A DNA stretch of 64,000 nucleotides. Origin: an uncultured delta proteobacterium. GTDB taxonomy: Bacteria > Myxococcota_A > Polyangia > Polyangiales > Polyangiaceae. The stretch lies in contig CAVQAT010000008.1 of assembly GCA_963710555.1 (NCBI GenBank), forward strand, positions 2,664,849-2,728,848. The letters are read 5' to 3'. The translations under genes were made by a program, and so were the position numbers. Position 1 is the first letter of the stretch; the number at the start of each line of letters is the position of its first letter. The notes below the pieces were generated by a model. The model saw nothing but the letters and a program-made list of their open reading frames with translations. It was not told the origin of the DNA and did not search any database. This document shows positions 1 through 9,875 of this stretch, in pieces.

Positions 1-457
1 TACAGGTCTTTTCACTGCCCAGGAAGAATCGGGCCGTAGCTGGCGCTACGCCTTGTCTTGGTTTCGACGGTCGGAGATCACGACCCAGCGCTTAGTTGTG
101 CTCGATACGAGTCCCTATGCCACGCGAGAAGACGCTGACGTGCAGCAGATCGCCCTGAGGAAGAAGGATGCCAACGGTGAGTTTTCAGTGTCGATGACAC
201 AGGAACTCGTTGACCGCTGTGTGAGTCTCGGGCTCAGCTACGGCTACAAGGACGAGTACATCGAGCAGCAGAACCAGACACGGAGTCGACCTTATCCACT
301 TGGCCGAACCGAGCTGGGGCGGATCGCCGTCGCGACGGAAGGGGTCATCAACGGCACTACTCTGCAGATCCCTACTACGGAATATCATACAGCCAGCGAG
401 ACTGCTTCGCTGAGCTCGATCTCCGCGGCGCTCAGACTCCTGATGACTTACGTGTAG
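1..457 (+). CDS. hypothetical protein; reading frame is open to the window start, so this may be the 3' part of a longer gene (listed ORF starts at TTG 53)
   Basis: Six-frame ORF 53..457. The same frame has no stop back to nt 2. No recognisable motifs. Confidence 0.3.
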   Translation, partial: TGLFTAQEESGRSWRYALSWFRRSEITTQRLVVLDTSPYATREDADVQQIALRKKDANGEFSVSMTQELVDRCVSLGLSYGYKDEYIEQQNQTRSRPYPLGRTELGRIAVATEGVINGTTLQIPTTEYHTASETASLSSISAALRLLMTYV

Positions 458-527
458 CCAGCACGCGAGGGAATTGCACAAGATCTCCTCAACTTCCTGG
501 AGCTGAGACTGCTAGCTTGGTCCCCTC

Positions 528-1847
528 ATGCGCGAAGCACGTCGGCTCTACAGAACATGGCAAGCCGTCCAAACGGCGCTATTCGCGTTCATCGCTTGGG
601 CCTTCTTTCTTTATCCGGCTTGGGTGACGGGAAGGGCCGTCTTTTCTGAGGAGATCCGCGCGAAGGCTCAGTCGCCTTCACTCGTGAAGGAGTATCGCGC
701 GACAGCTGGGAGATATAGCGATTGGGCAGCGGAGTATCTCCAAAATCAACGAGCTACGAAGATCAGCAGCCACGACGTTGCGGGCACTGAATGGCCGATT
801 TTCGGTTCAGTCTTTTTCCTGATGACCACCGAAGAAGTCGTCAAGGCCGAGCCCAAGCTGCTGAACGATGTTCAGGTGAGGGACGCCATCCACCGTGCCG
901 CCCAGGTGGTCGCTTCGCCGGATACCGCCAGCTGGGTGAAGACAAAGTGGGGACTCGACTACTTAGAGCGAGAAAACTTGTTCTATCGCATGCTCCTGAT
1001 CATGGGGCTCGGGAGCTTCGAGCAGTTGACCGGAAGCTCCGAATACGCAGGGCTGCTGGGGACTCAAGCCAAGAGCCTGACAGCTGAATTGCTGGCGGCC
1101 CCTCATCACTTGGCGGACGACTACCCGGACGAGTGCTATCCGAACGACGTTCTTTGGGCAGTCGCGTCCCTGAAGCGGGCGGCAAACATCGGCTATGTTG
1201 ATTCTGCCGAGGTGGACAGGTTGAGTCGGGGGGTGTTTCGCACCTTGAACACGCTGTCGATGACCGACGCTGGGCTTCCTAGTTTTCAGGTGCGCAAGGA
1301 AACAGGAGAGCCTCTCCAACTGGCGCGTGGCTCAGGCAACTCCGGGATCATTCCTCTAGCTGCTGAGCTCGATTCTTTAAAGGCATCCGTTTGGTTCAAT
1401 GCGTACGTCGACAATTACTGGAAGTCCGGATGGGTCAGCGGTTTTCAGGAAACGCCCCATGGACACCCCGAGCTAGAGGACGTCGATTCTGGACCTTCGC
1501 TATTCGGAGTCGGAAGCGTCGCCACTGGTTTTGGCCTGGGTGCTGCCCGCAGCGTGGGTCGCTACGACTATGCCGTCCCGCTCGCGATGGAGACAGTTGC
1601 CGGGTCGTGGCCCACGCCTTTCGGTTTGCTTCTGCCAGGAGTTCTGGGTTGGGCGGCCGCGGATGGCTGGTGCTTCGGCGAATTGGCTCTCCACTATTCA
1701 ATGACTCGGCCGAATCAAACCCAGGGGGTGACTGGGTACGAAGGGGGAGTGCCCGGGATGGTCTGGGTGTTCCTGCTGCTCTACGGAAGCGGAGCTGGCT
1801 TGTTGCTTTGGCGGGCTTGGGTGTGTGCGAGGAGGGCCGCCCCGTAA
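528..1847 (+). CDS. hypothetical membrane-anchored protein (TM helices near the N- and C-termini)
   Basis: 439-aa ORF. Hydrophobic N-terminal segment (ALFAFIAWAFFLYPAWV) and C-terminal segment (MVWVFLLLYGSGAGLLLW). No family motif recognised. Confidence 0.5.
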   Translation: MREARRLYRTWQAVQTALFAFIAWAFFLYPAWVTGRAVFSEEIRAKAQSPSLVKEYRATAGRYSDWAAEYLQNQRATKISSHDVAGTEWPIFGSVFFLMTTEEVVKAEPKLLNDVQVRDAIHRAAQVVASPDTASWVKTKWGLDYLERENLFYRMLLIMGLGSFEQLTGSSEYAGLLGTQAKSLTAELLAAPHHLADDYPDECYPNDVLWAVASLKRAANIGYVDSAEVDRLSRGVFRTLNTLSMTDAGLPSFQVRKETGEPLQLARGSGNSGIIPLAAELDSLKASVWFNAYVDNYWKSGWVSGFQETPHGHPELEDVDSGPSLFGVGSVATGFGLGAARSVGRYDYAVPLAMETVAGSWPTPFGLLLPGVLGWAAADGWCFGELALHYSMTRPNQTQGVTGYEGGVPGMVWVFLLLYGSGAGLLLWRAWVCARRAAP

Positions 1848-1886
1848 GTCCGCCTGCAACACAACACCCAGTAAAGCTCTCGTAGA

Positions 1887-2540
1887 TTATTGCGGCGCTT
1901 TCGCGAAGCGCAGGTAAGGCAGCTTGATGTCGAGTGAACCGTACTTTTCCGCAGCCTTTGCGTCATCAAGGCCAAGCCCCACGATGACGTCCTGGCCGGG
2001 AACCCAGTTGGCTGGAGTCGCTAGAGGCACTCCGTCAGTGGCTTGGACAGCGTCCAAAGCCCGCATGATCTCGGCGAAGTTTCTGCCAACAGACATCGGG
2101 TAGGTCATCATCAGACGCACCTTTTTGTCGGGGCCGATGATGAAGACAGTGCGCACTGTCGCACTGTGCGCGGGGGTGCGACCATCGGGGAGATACGCGT
2201 CAGCGGGTAGCATGTCGTAAAGTTTTGCTACAGAAAGTGAAGTGTCGTCGATGATCGGGAAGTCCGCTTGGACGCCAGCAAAGGCTTCGATGTCGCGCTT
2301 CCATTTTACGTGGTCTTCGACGCTGTCGACTGACACGCCCATCACCTTGGTGTTGCGCTTGGCGAATTCTGGAGCGAGCTGAGCTACGGCGCCGAACTCT
2401 GTCGTGCAAACGGGCGTGAAGTCTTTGGGATGAGAGAAGAGAATTGCGTAGCTGTCGCCCATCCATTCATGAAGGCTGATTTTTCCTGCAGTGGATTCAG
2501 CTGTGAAGTCGGGAGCGATGTCATTGATTCGAAGTGCCAT
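1887..2540 (-). CDS. peroxiredoxin, 1-Cys Prx (Prx6-like)
   Basis: PKDFTPVCTTE peroxidatic-cysteine motif with a thioredoxin-fold AhpC/TSA pattern. Length is 217 aa. Confidence 0.9.
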   Translation of the reverse strand: MALRINDIAPDFTAESTAGKISLHEWMGDSYAILFSHPKDFTPVCTTEFGAVAQLAPEFAKRNTKVMGVSVDSVEDHVKWKRDIEAFAGVQADFPIIDDTSLSVAKLYDMLPADAYLPDGRTPAHSATVRTVFIIGPDKKVRLMMTYPMSVGRNFAEIMRALDAVQATDGVPLATPANWVPGQDVIVGLGLDDAKAAEKYGSLDIKLPYLRFAKAPQ

Positions 2541-2755
2541 GAGCTTGTATTTTCTTCTGGGGCAGTCTCTGGAAGGGCTGCAGTCTGAGTGAGTGATGAG
2601 AAAACGCGCCTCGAGTAGTCGGCGGCTGCGCCAAGATCCCAGGTTTCGGAGGACAGAGCCAACGAGCGCGCAGAGATATTCCCCGTGTGGGTCGTTCGCG
2701 GAGAGTCAGCCGCTCAGCAATGCCATCACATTGAGTAGGCGGGGGCCAGCCTTGC

Positions 2756-4102
2756 ATGGAAAGCGTGCCAGGGAGCCTGCTGGCCCGTACTCTTAAAGAC
2801 TCTTCTCGGCCGGCGGCACGCATTTGCCCTTGCAGGCGGGCGCGGGTGTCGCAGCGACAAGCAGTATCGTATCTTGGGGCCGTGAGTGTCTCTCATCGTT
2901 TTCGCTTGATCGTGATTGTCAGTATCCTCGTCGTTGCTGCCGCGATCGTGGTTTACTTTGTATTGAGGCCACTATCAGTGAGTGCTGTACGGCCAGTTAC
3001 CTCCGACATTCGTCAAACCGTGGTCGCCAGTGGAACCGTAATGTCACCCGCTGAGCTTCGCTTGGGCTCTCTCGTCGCAAGCACGGTGGCCTCGGTTCAT
3101 GCTCGAGAGGGCGAGGCGGTCATGGCGGGCCAGCTCCTGGTTCAGCTCGAAGACGCTGCCGCGCGCGCGGCGTTGGAACAGGCGGAAGCGGGTCTGGCTT
3201 CGGCGAAGGCAGGCCGTGCCGAGCTATCACGACTGAGTGCGCCTGCGGCGGAGGCCCAGCTGCGTGAAGCGGACACGCGCGTCGCACAAACCGATCGTCA
3301 GTTGAAGCGCGAGCAAGCCTTGTTTGATTCGGGCGTCACCACCAGGAGCGATCTTGAGGAAGCGCAGACGGCGGCGCAAGTGGCGAGCGCTCAGCGGCAA
3401 GCGGCGATGCTGCGTTTCAAGGCTGCTTCGAGCGGCGGTTCCCAGACTCTTTCCAATCAGGCCGCGATTGCCCAGGCTACCGCTCAGGTGTCAGCTGCCG
3501 CGATCCAGCTTGCTCATCATGAAATCAAGGCTCCTGCCGACGGCATACTGCTTTCACAGCTGGCCGAACCCGGCGACGCGGTCGCTCAAGGGAGCGTCCT
3601 CTTTGTGCTCTCCACTACGGGAAAAACGCGGCTCCGAATTGAGCCCGATGAGCGTAATCTAGCTTTGCTTGAAAGAGGGCAGACGGCCGAAGCCTCGACG
3701 GAAGCTTTTCCTGGACGAAAATTTCAAGCAGAGCTGAGCTACATCGCGCCTGCCGTTGATCCGGAACGTGGAACGATCGAAGTGCGTTTGCTCGTCGCCG
3801 AGCCGCCCGAATATTTGCGTGCGCACATGACCGTGTCCGTGGAGGTGGTCGTGGCGCAGAAGAAGGCGGCGCTAGTGGTCTCTCGGCGTTCTATTCTCGA
3901 TATTCTGGAGTCGCCTTCGGTCTTGCTGATCCGAAATGGTAGCGTGGTCCGTCAACCAGTAAAGCTTGGAATAGAAGGTGATCTTGATGTGGAGATTACG
4001 GAGGGTCTCTCGTCGAGCGACATTCTCGTGATGGAGCCGCGAGATGTTGCGCCGGGGCAGAAGGCAAAGGCGCGCGTCGACTTGGAAGCTCCCCAGGGCT
4101 AA
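2756..4102 (+). CDS. efflux transporter periplasmic adaptor (HlyD/MacA-type membrane fusion protein); an alternative GTG start at 2882 is possible
   Basis: N-terminal TM (LIVIVSILVVAAAIVVYFVL), a long coiled-coil Ala/Gln/Arg-rich region and a C-terminal beta-barrel typical of MFPs. Followed directly by FtsX-type permease and ABC ATPase genes. Confidence 0.8.
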   Translation: MESVPGSLLARTLKDSSRPAARICPCRRARVSQRQAVSYLGAVSVSHRFRLIVIVSILVVAAAIVVYFVLRPLSVSAVRPVTSDIRQTVVASGTVMSPAELRLGSLVASTVASVHAREGEAVMAGQLLVQLEDAAARAALEQAEAGLASAKAGRAELSRLSAPAAEAQLREADTRVAQTDRQLKREQALFDSGVTTRSDLEEAQTAAQVASAQRQAAMLRFKAASSGGSQTLSNQAAIAQATAQVSAAAIQLAHHEIKAPADGILLSQLAEPGDAVAQGSVLFVLSTTGKTRLRIEPDERNLALLERGQTAEASTEAFPGRKFQAELSYIAPAVDPERGTIEVRLLVAEPPEYLRAHMTVSVEVVVAQKKAALVVSRRSILDILESPSVLLIRNGSVVRQPVKLGIEGDLDVEITEGLSSSDILVMEPRDVAPGQKAKARVDLEAPQG

Positions 4103-4105
4103 CCC

Positions 4106-5317
4106 ATGCCGATCTCTTGGTTCTTGTCGCTTAAGTTTCTCCGTGAATACAAATCCCAGGCTGCGCTGACATTGGCGGCTGTAGCCGTAGGAGTTGCGGT
4201 GATGGTGTTTCTCTCTGCCCTGATTACTGGTCTTCAGCAAAGTTTGATAGAGCAAACCTTGGGGACTCAACCTCATATTGTCGTCCGAGCTCCTCAAGAC
4301 CGAGCGCGCAATCAGATCGAGGGCGACCGGATCTTGCGCCGAGCTGAAAATCCCGCACAGCGTTCCCAGTCGATCCGCCAGTGGCAACGCCAGCTCCTGC
4401 GCATCAAGGCGAATCCAAAGGTCGCCGCGGTTGCTCCGCTCGTGACGGGAAGTGCCTTTGCTCAGCGAGGCAACGGCAATCGGCCGATTGTGGTGATCGG
4501 CATGGACCCAGAGCCTTTCGATGAAATCATTTTCGTGAGCAACAAGCTACGTTCGGGCGTGTTTTCACCAAGCGGAAGCGAAGCGGTACTCGGGAGTCAA
4601 TTGGCCGAGGATTTGGGGATTGAGGTTGGCGATCGCGTGCGGCTATCAACTCCCGAGGACCGTAACGCGCTCGTGACCGTGCGCGGTATTTTCGATCTAG
4701 GAAATAGAAAGGTCAACGAAACGTGGGTGCTTCTTCCGCTTCGGACATCGCAAGCTCTGCTCGGGCTACCTGGAGGGGCGAACAATATCTACGTGCGAGT
4801 CGACTCAATCTTCGACGCCGAAGCGGTTGCCAATGAACTCAGTCGTGACTCTGAGCTTGAATTTGAAAGTTGGATGTCCACGAACGAGCAACTGCTCGTC
4901 GCCCTCCGTTCCCAGAGCAGTTCGAGCTATACGATTCAGTTCTTTGTGTTTATCGCGGTGGCCATGGGGATAGCCTCGGTGCTTGTGGTCAGCGTCGTGC
5001 AGCGCACACGAGAGATCGGAATCTTGCGCGCGATGGGGGTCACCCGCGGCATTGTTTTTCGAATCTTTCTTATTCAAGGAGCCGTGATTGGTGTGGTGGG
5101 AAGTGTGTTTGGCGCAGGCTTCGGCGCAGGGCTTTCTCTGTTTTTTTCCAGGGTAGCGACGGGCCCTGGTGGCGAGTCGACTTTTCCGATGGCGCTTTCG
5201 CCACAGCTGTTTGCTTTCGCGGTAGCGATAGCGACTCTCACGGGCGTGGTGGCGGCCGCGCTTCCGGCGCGACGCGCGGCTCGACTTGAGCCGGTGGAGG
5301 CGATTCGACATGCCTGA
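4106..5317 (+). CDS. ABC transporter permease, FtsX/MacB/LolE-like
   Basis: N-terminal TM, a large periplasmic domain and a C-terminal cluster of three TM helices (FtsX fold). Starts 4 nt after the MFP stop. Its stop overlaps the ATG of the ATPase (ATGCCTGA). Confidence 0.85.
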   Translation: MPISWFLSLKFLREYKSQAALTLAAVAVGVAVMVFLSALITGLQQSLIEQTLGTQPHIVVRAPQDRARNQIEGDRILRRAENPAQRSQSIRQWQRQLLRIKANPKVAAVAPLVTGSAFAQRGNGNRPIVVIGMDPEPFDEIIFVSNKLRSGVFSPSGSEAVLGSQLAEDLGIEVGDRVRLSTPEDRNALVTVRGIFDLGNRKVNETWVLLPLRTSQALLGLPGGANNIYVRVDSIFDAEAVANELSRDSELEFESWMSTNEQLLVALRSQSSSSYTIQFFVFIAVAMGIASVLVVSVVQRTREIGILRAMGVTRGIVFRIFLIQGAVIGVVGSVFGAGFGAGLSLFFSRVATGPGGESTFPMALSPQLFAFAVAIATLTGVVAAALPARRAARLEPVEAIRHA

Positions 5318-6020
5318 GGGCGACTTGGTACTTCGTCTGATCGACGTGAAGAAAAGCTTCGGTAAGGAAGTCGTCACTGAGGTGCTTCATGGGATTAGCT
5401 TTGAGCTCCGGGAAGGTGAGTTCGTGGCGCTGATCGGACCGTCGGGCTCGGGAAAAAGCACGCTGCTCAACCAAATCGGTTTGCTCGATCGTCCCACTTC
5501 CGGGACGGTGGAACTCACAGGACTCGGCACCAACAAGCTTTCAGATGCAGAACTCACTGAACTGAGAAGTAGATCGCTCGGCTTCATCTTCCAGTTTCAT
5601 CATCTGATCGGCGCTCTGAGTGTGGTGGAGAATCTGATGATGCCACTTTCAATTCAAGCGGGTTCACTGCAAAGCGACCATCGAGTGAAGGCAATCGAAG
5701 CGCTCGAATTGGTTGGACTCGCGGAGAAAGAACTCGCACGGCCGGATCAGCTTTCCGGTGGCCAGCAGCAGCGGGTAGCTATCGCGCGAGCCTTGATTCA
5801 TCGGCCTCGCCTGGTGCTCGCCGACGAACCCACGGGCAACCTGGATTCAAAGACGGCCGACAACATTTTCTCAATGCTTCGTGACATCAATCAACAGAGC
5901 CGCCTGACTTTCCTGATCGTCACTCACGATCCACGTATGGCGGAGCGCTGCGATCGCGTGATCCTCATTGAAGATGGACTGATCGCCGCCGATGGTCCGC
6001 CGAAGGAAGTGCTGGGCTAA
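5310..6020 (+). CDS. ABC transporter ATP-binding protein (MacB/LolD-type)
   Basis: Walker [10 protein letters not shown], signature [15 protein letters not shown], Walker [13 protein letters not shown]. Start ATG 5310 overlaps the permease stop, so I prefer it to the listed 5286. Confidence 0.9.
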   Translation: MPEGDLVLRLIDVKKSFGKEVVTEVLHGISFELREGEFVALIGPSGSGKSTLLNQIGLLDRPTSGTVELTGLGTNKLSDAELTELRSRSLGFIFQFHHLIGALSVVENLMMPLSIQAGSLQSDHRVKAIEALELVGLAEKELARPDQLSGGQQQRVAIARALIHRPRLVLADEPTGNLDSKTADNIFSMLRDINQQSRLTFLIVTHDPRMAERCDRVILIEDGLIAADGPPKEVLG

Positions 6021-6144
6021 CCATCCTTTTCTCGATTTTCGCGCATTTCTGGCAAAAAAATTGAGGAAGTGAAACTTTTCTGCCTGGTCACCGAGCTTGG
6101 GACGTCTCTCCTCTCCATCAGCTTTGATTGGAGCACAGAGTCCC

Positions 6145-7272
6145 ATGTCGAGAATCACGAAACCTACACAGAACTACCTTCTTGCGGCCACGGCCCTCTC
6201 TCTCGTCGCCTGGTCAGCACCGGCATCCGCGCAATCCATCTATCAAGAGGTCGGCGGTGTCGTCGCCATTGAAGCTGAGAGCGCAGTGACCGTCGCGGGT
6301 TGGAACGAGCACGCTCCCAGCGTGAACAACTTGCGCGATAAAGCGTTGCTCTCGACAGGAGGCGATTCGATATGCTCAAGCAACGCCACGAAGGCAGAGG
6401 GCTTCGTTCCGCTCAAGTATCACTTTCGCATCAGCAAGTCCGGCACCTATCGCCTCAAGCTGAACATTCACAAGCAGGTACATTGTGTCGATGTCAACAA
6501 TGCGGGGCAGGTCGCCGCTTGTCACGATGGAGCTAAGTGTACTAGCCATGGAGTGCAAAGCGACGGTGACTCGTGTAACGGCGAGCTGCGCTGCTGGCGC
6601 ACGGACGTTTCCAACGACGCTTTCGTGAAGATCGTGACGGCTGAAGGTGCGTCGGTGAATTGGGTAGGGGGCGTTTCCGATGTCACGAAGCTCTATGGGG
6701 GGTCAGGGACCGCCTACGCCTGGAGCGGGAATAACGCTTTGGATCACGGTGGCAGCAAGCATGCTCCGGATTGGGACCTCCCGCCCGGTGACTACGTCCT
6801 TGAAGTCAGGAATCGCTCAAACGGATTCTCCTTTGATAGGCTTATTCTGGTGGAGAGTGGCGCGAACGAGGGGGATGCCAAGAATGCCGCTGAGTCACCT
6901 GTCGTTGAAGATCCAGTGTCGGGAACTGGGGGAACCGGCGGAATGGAGGCTACGGGCGGGGCGGATGGTACCGGTGGTGATGTAGCGAATCCCGCGGGAG
7001 GAGCGACGAGCACCGGGGGCGCAGCGGCCGCAGGTGGCGCAGCGGTGGGCACCGGAGGCTCTCTCGCTACCGGGGGTACTGGTACAGGTGGTATGAGCAT
7101 TGACGAAATGATGGAGGGGACAGGATCCGGCGACGACTCTCCAACGACAGGAAGCGGTGATGAAGGATCGTGCAGCTGGGGTACGTCGAGCCCAAGCCAG
7201 AACGGCTGGCTGCTGGCGAGTCTGATGCTCTTCGGGCTCGGGCTCCGACGTCGTCGCCTGGGTGAACGCTGA
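6145..7272 (+). CDS. secreted protein with a carbohydrate-binding-like N-terminal domain, a Gly/Thr-rich linker and a C-terminal MYXO-CTERM sorting signal
   Basis: Signal peptide LLAATALSLVAWSAPASA, so a start at M 6145 is preferred over 6097. GTGGxGG repeats. C-terminus GSCSWG..GWLLASLMLFGLGLRRRRLGER (Cys, hydrophobic stretch, Arg cluster). Confidence 0.6.
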   Translation: MSRITKPTQNYLLAATALSLVAWSAPASAQSIYQEVGGVVAIEAESAVTVAGWNEHAPSVNNLRDKALLSTGGDSICSSNATKAEGFVPLKYHFRISKSGTYRLKLNIHKQVHCVDVNNAGQVAACHDGAKCTSHGVQSDGDSCNGELRCWRTDVSNDAFVKIVTAEGASVNWVGGVSDVTKLYGGSGTAYAWSGNNALDHGGSKHAPDWDLPPGDYVLEVRNRSNGFSFDRLILVESGANEGDAKNAAESPVVEDPVSGTGGTGGMEATGGADGTGGDVANPAGGATSTGGAAAAGGAAVGTGGSLATGGTGTGGMSIDEMMEGTGSGDDSPTTGSGDEGSCSWGTSSPSQNGWLLASLMLFGLGLRRRRLGER

Positions 7273-7523
7273 AATTCCTACCTGCGCTGCTGTGAAGGCA
7301 GCGCAAAACGGCGGCACTGGCGACGAGCTCACGGATTCGGGGGTGCACATGCTTTTGATAGATTATGCTGTATATAAGCAGCCCAGGACAAACTGCACGT
7401 TAGCGATGATTCATGGAAACATGCACGCTTTCAAGTACCCTGGCTTAATCGACTTGCAAAGAGCAATCTATCATTTGGCTTGTTGTTTGCAAGTGAATAT
7501 CCTGAATCCCGCCGAACTAGATA

Positions 7524-7940
7524 ATGGTCTCACGTTCCTGTTGCCCCATCGCCGCGTCGCTCGACATTCTTGGAGATCGTTGGACCCTCGTGATCTTGCG
7601 AGATGTCTTGTTTGGCGGAAGGTCTCGTTTCTCCCAATTGGGCGCCGACGAAAGCATCGCGACCAATATTCTCAGCGAGCGACTTGAGCGTCTTGAACGG
7701 GAAGGAATACTTGGCAAGGACAAGGACCCGAGCGATGGACGCCGTAACATCTACTTCGCCACCCCGAAGGGTATCGCGCTCATCCCAGTCCTTGTGTCCC
7801 TGGCCGAATGGGGCGTCGCGCACATCCCCGGAACCGAAGGGAAGGAGCTGGCTGCCCTTGCGAAGAAGGATCGCGACGGTCTCATCGCTGGCCTCACGGC
7901 ACAGGCCAAGAACGCCGCCAAGAAGCTTCGGAAAGCTTGA
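7524..7940 (+). CDS. HxlR-family winged-helix transcriptional regulator
   Basis: CPIAASLDILGDRWTLVILRDVLFGGRSRFSQL matches the HxlR core. Length is 138 aa. Confidence 0.85.
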   Translation: MVSRSCCPIAASLDILGDRWTLVILRDVLFGGRSRFSQLGADESIATNILSERLERLEREGILGKDKDPSDGRRNIYFATPKGIALIPVLVSLAEWGVAHIPGTEGKELAALAKKDRDGLIAGLTAQAKNAAKKLRKA

Positions 7941-8366
7941 AACCCCGCGCGTCGTTATCTCACGAGAAACCTTGCTGAGTTCGACGTAAGTTTTGGGCTC
8001 GCCGCGCTAGAGCGCGGATGAGTAGGTTACCTCGCTCACGATTCAGGATGCGCTCGGCACTCGCAGCGGACCAAGCGACCCGTCAAAAGAGCGTAGTTCT
8101 TGGTTCCGCTCTGCAGTCGAGCGGAGCCTGATTGAACCAGGGGGAACTCAAGTTGCCTGTGTAAATCGCGTGTTACCATGACGGCTCGGTCATCAAATTA
8201 AATCGTCACTAGGGGGAACCCTTTTGATCGTTCTTGGCTCTGACCAAGAAGAAACGGCCAGCACCATGAATATGAACACCCTCCTGATCTCTGGGGCTTT
8301 AGCCCTTTTTTTGACCTGGGGCGTCAGCCGATTTTCGGAGGACCAAGCCCGGAAGTGAGCGAACGT

Positions 8367-8639
8367 ATGCAAAAAGTAAACGGAACCGAAGCGAAAGAGT
8401 TAGTCAAAGCCGGTGCGCTGATCGTCGACGTGCGAACTCCACAGGAATTCTCGGAAGGACATATTGAGGGCGCCATCAACGTTCCCGTGGATGTGCTCGA
8501 AAGTCGCTTAGGTGAATTGGGCAAGAGCGAGCAAGTGGTGGTCTACTGCCGGAGCGGAGCACGCTCCGCTCGAGCCGCTAAGATCGTCGCTGAATCAGGT
8601 AAGAAGGTCTATGACCTTGGTCCGATGCGTGCCTATTGA
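8367..8639 (+). CDS. single-domain rhodanese-like sulfurtransferase
   Basis: Rhodanese fold pattern with active-site loop VVVYCRSGARS. The listed ORF starts at GTG 8355. ATG 8367 is the likelier start. Confidence 0.85.
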   Translation: MQKVNGTEAKELVKAGALIVDVRTPQEFSEGHIEGAINVPVDVLESRLGELGKSEQVVVYCRSGARSARAAKIVAESGKKVYDLGPMRAY

Positions 8640-8646
8640 TCCACGG

Positions 8647-9651
8647 CTACTCGGTTGGACCTGTCGAAATCACAAAGCTGTCGAAATCAACCACCTCGTT
8701 CTTCGTTGGACCCCAATCAGGAGTGTTTCCACCGAAGAAGGTGCTGAAGTAAAAAGAATCGATGCCAAACGTTTGTCCTTCTGGGCGAAAGCGAACGTCT
8801 GAGCGTTCCAGTACTTTTACCCCGTCGAGCCAGGCTTCGACAATTCCATCGGGTTGCCCGGGGGTATTCATGACGACGTGGTGCACGATCGTGTGCCAGG
8901 TGCCAGGTTTGAAAACGGTGGGACCTGCAAGATCCCACTTGAAGTCATCGCCATAAAACTCAGTCTGATCGACGTAGTACATGTACTGTACCGGCGCGCC
9001 TGCTACCCGCCACATCCCACGTGCCGAAAACCCGTCGTCCGGTGCGCCGCCTCCGCCCGTCTTGCACGAGCCACCGCAAAGCCCTGGCAGTTTGCCTCCT
9101 TTGACAAAATCGAAACCCTCACCAAAGCGAATACGATACGAGGCATAGAGTTCATCGTACGAGCCGCCTAGAGGAACATTGAACTGCGCGCCTCCCTCGC
9201 CAGGGCCGACAGCTCCCAGCGGGTAGTTGACGCGGAGAAACTTGTTGCCGTCTTCCTCGACGATGTTGCCTCTGCCTTCCTCAAGACCGTCGCTCCAGGG
9301 AGGAGCTGCAGCGAAGTCTGTGGAGACCATCGCTTGGCTGTAGGCTCCCGGTTCGTGAGAACTGAAGTCCCCGTTGACCAAGATCGTACCAGTCGGCGTC
9401 GCATTGCTACCACCCGTGCTCACTCCATCGCCTCCACCCGTACTCATACCGTTACTCCCTCCCGTTTCCGACGATGCCCCGCCTGTTTCACCGGCATCGC
9501 TTCCTCCGCTGTTCCCTGTATCGAGGTTGTTTCCCATCTCGCTATCGCATCCTGGTGTACCGGATGTGCACGAGCTGCCCGTGGCGCCCGAACACGAGCA
9601 AACGAGACCAAAAAATAGGAAGGAAACTGCCGAGGGTAGAAAAAGCTGCAT
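8647..9651 (-). CDS. secreted lipoprotein with a polysaccharide-lyase-like (PL14/concanavalin-like) domain
   Basis: Signal peptide plus lipobox MQLFLPSAVSFLFFGLVCSC, so the start is placed at 9651 rather than 10122. Gly/Ser/Thr linker. C-terminal domain with KGGKLPGLCGG and IVEAWLDGVKV patterns resembling Polysacc_lyase (PF14099). Confidence 0.55.
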   Translation of the reverse strand: MQLFLPSAVSFLFFGLVCSCSGATGSSCTSGTPGCDSEMGNNLDTGNSGGSDAGETGGASSETGGSNGMSTGGGDGVSTGGSNATPTGTILVNGDFSSHEPGAYSQAMVSTDFAAAPPWSDGLEEGRGNIVEEDGNKFLRVNYPLGAVGPGEGGAQFNVPLGGSYDELYASYRIRFGEGFDFVKGGKLPGLCGGSCKTGGGGAPDDGFSARGMWRVAGAPVQYMYYVDQTEFYGDDFKWDLAGPTVFKPGTWHTIVHHVVMNTPGQPDGIVEAWLDGVKVLERSDVRFRPEGQTFGIDSFYFSTFFGGNTPDWGPTKNEVVDFDSFVISTGPTE

Positions 9652-9875
9652 AGATGAAATCAAGTTAGCAGCTTGGCTGTGCACGTGCTTCGCGAAGCGT
9701 GGAAAAGGTTCGCTTAGCCGCTGTTCTGCGCCTGATGGATTGATGGGTGCGCACCTTGTGTGTCGATGCCCCTCGTAGCCACGCACTTCAACTCGTGCGT
9801 GAAGAATAAGCCACGTTGAGCGGAGAGCCTCGAGTGACTGGAATACACGAGGGTGAGCGGCTAGGTAGGCATTCA

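Noticed and set aside
7453-7493. Inverted TTGCAAA…TTTGCAA repeat upstream of the HxlR regulator gene
   Set aside because: The arms are only 7 bp long and are separated by 25 bp. It is plausible as an autoregulatory operator but too weak to annotate as a feature.
8266-8358. 30-aa hydrophobic mini-ORF (MNMNTLLISGALALFLTWGVSRFSEDQARK) upstream of the rhodanese gene
   Set aside because: It is too short and lacks supporting signals to call. It could be a leader peptide, but the evidence is insufficient.
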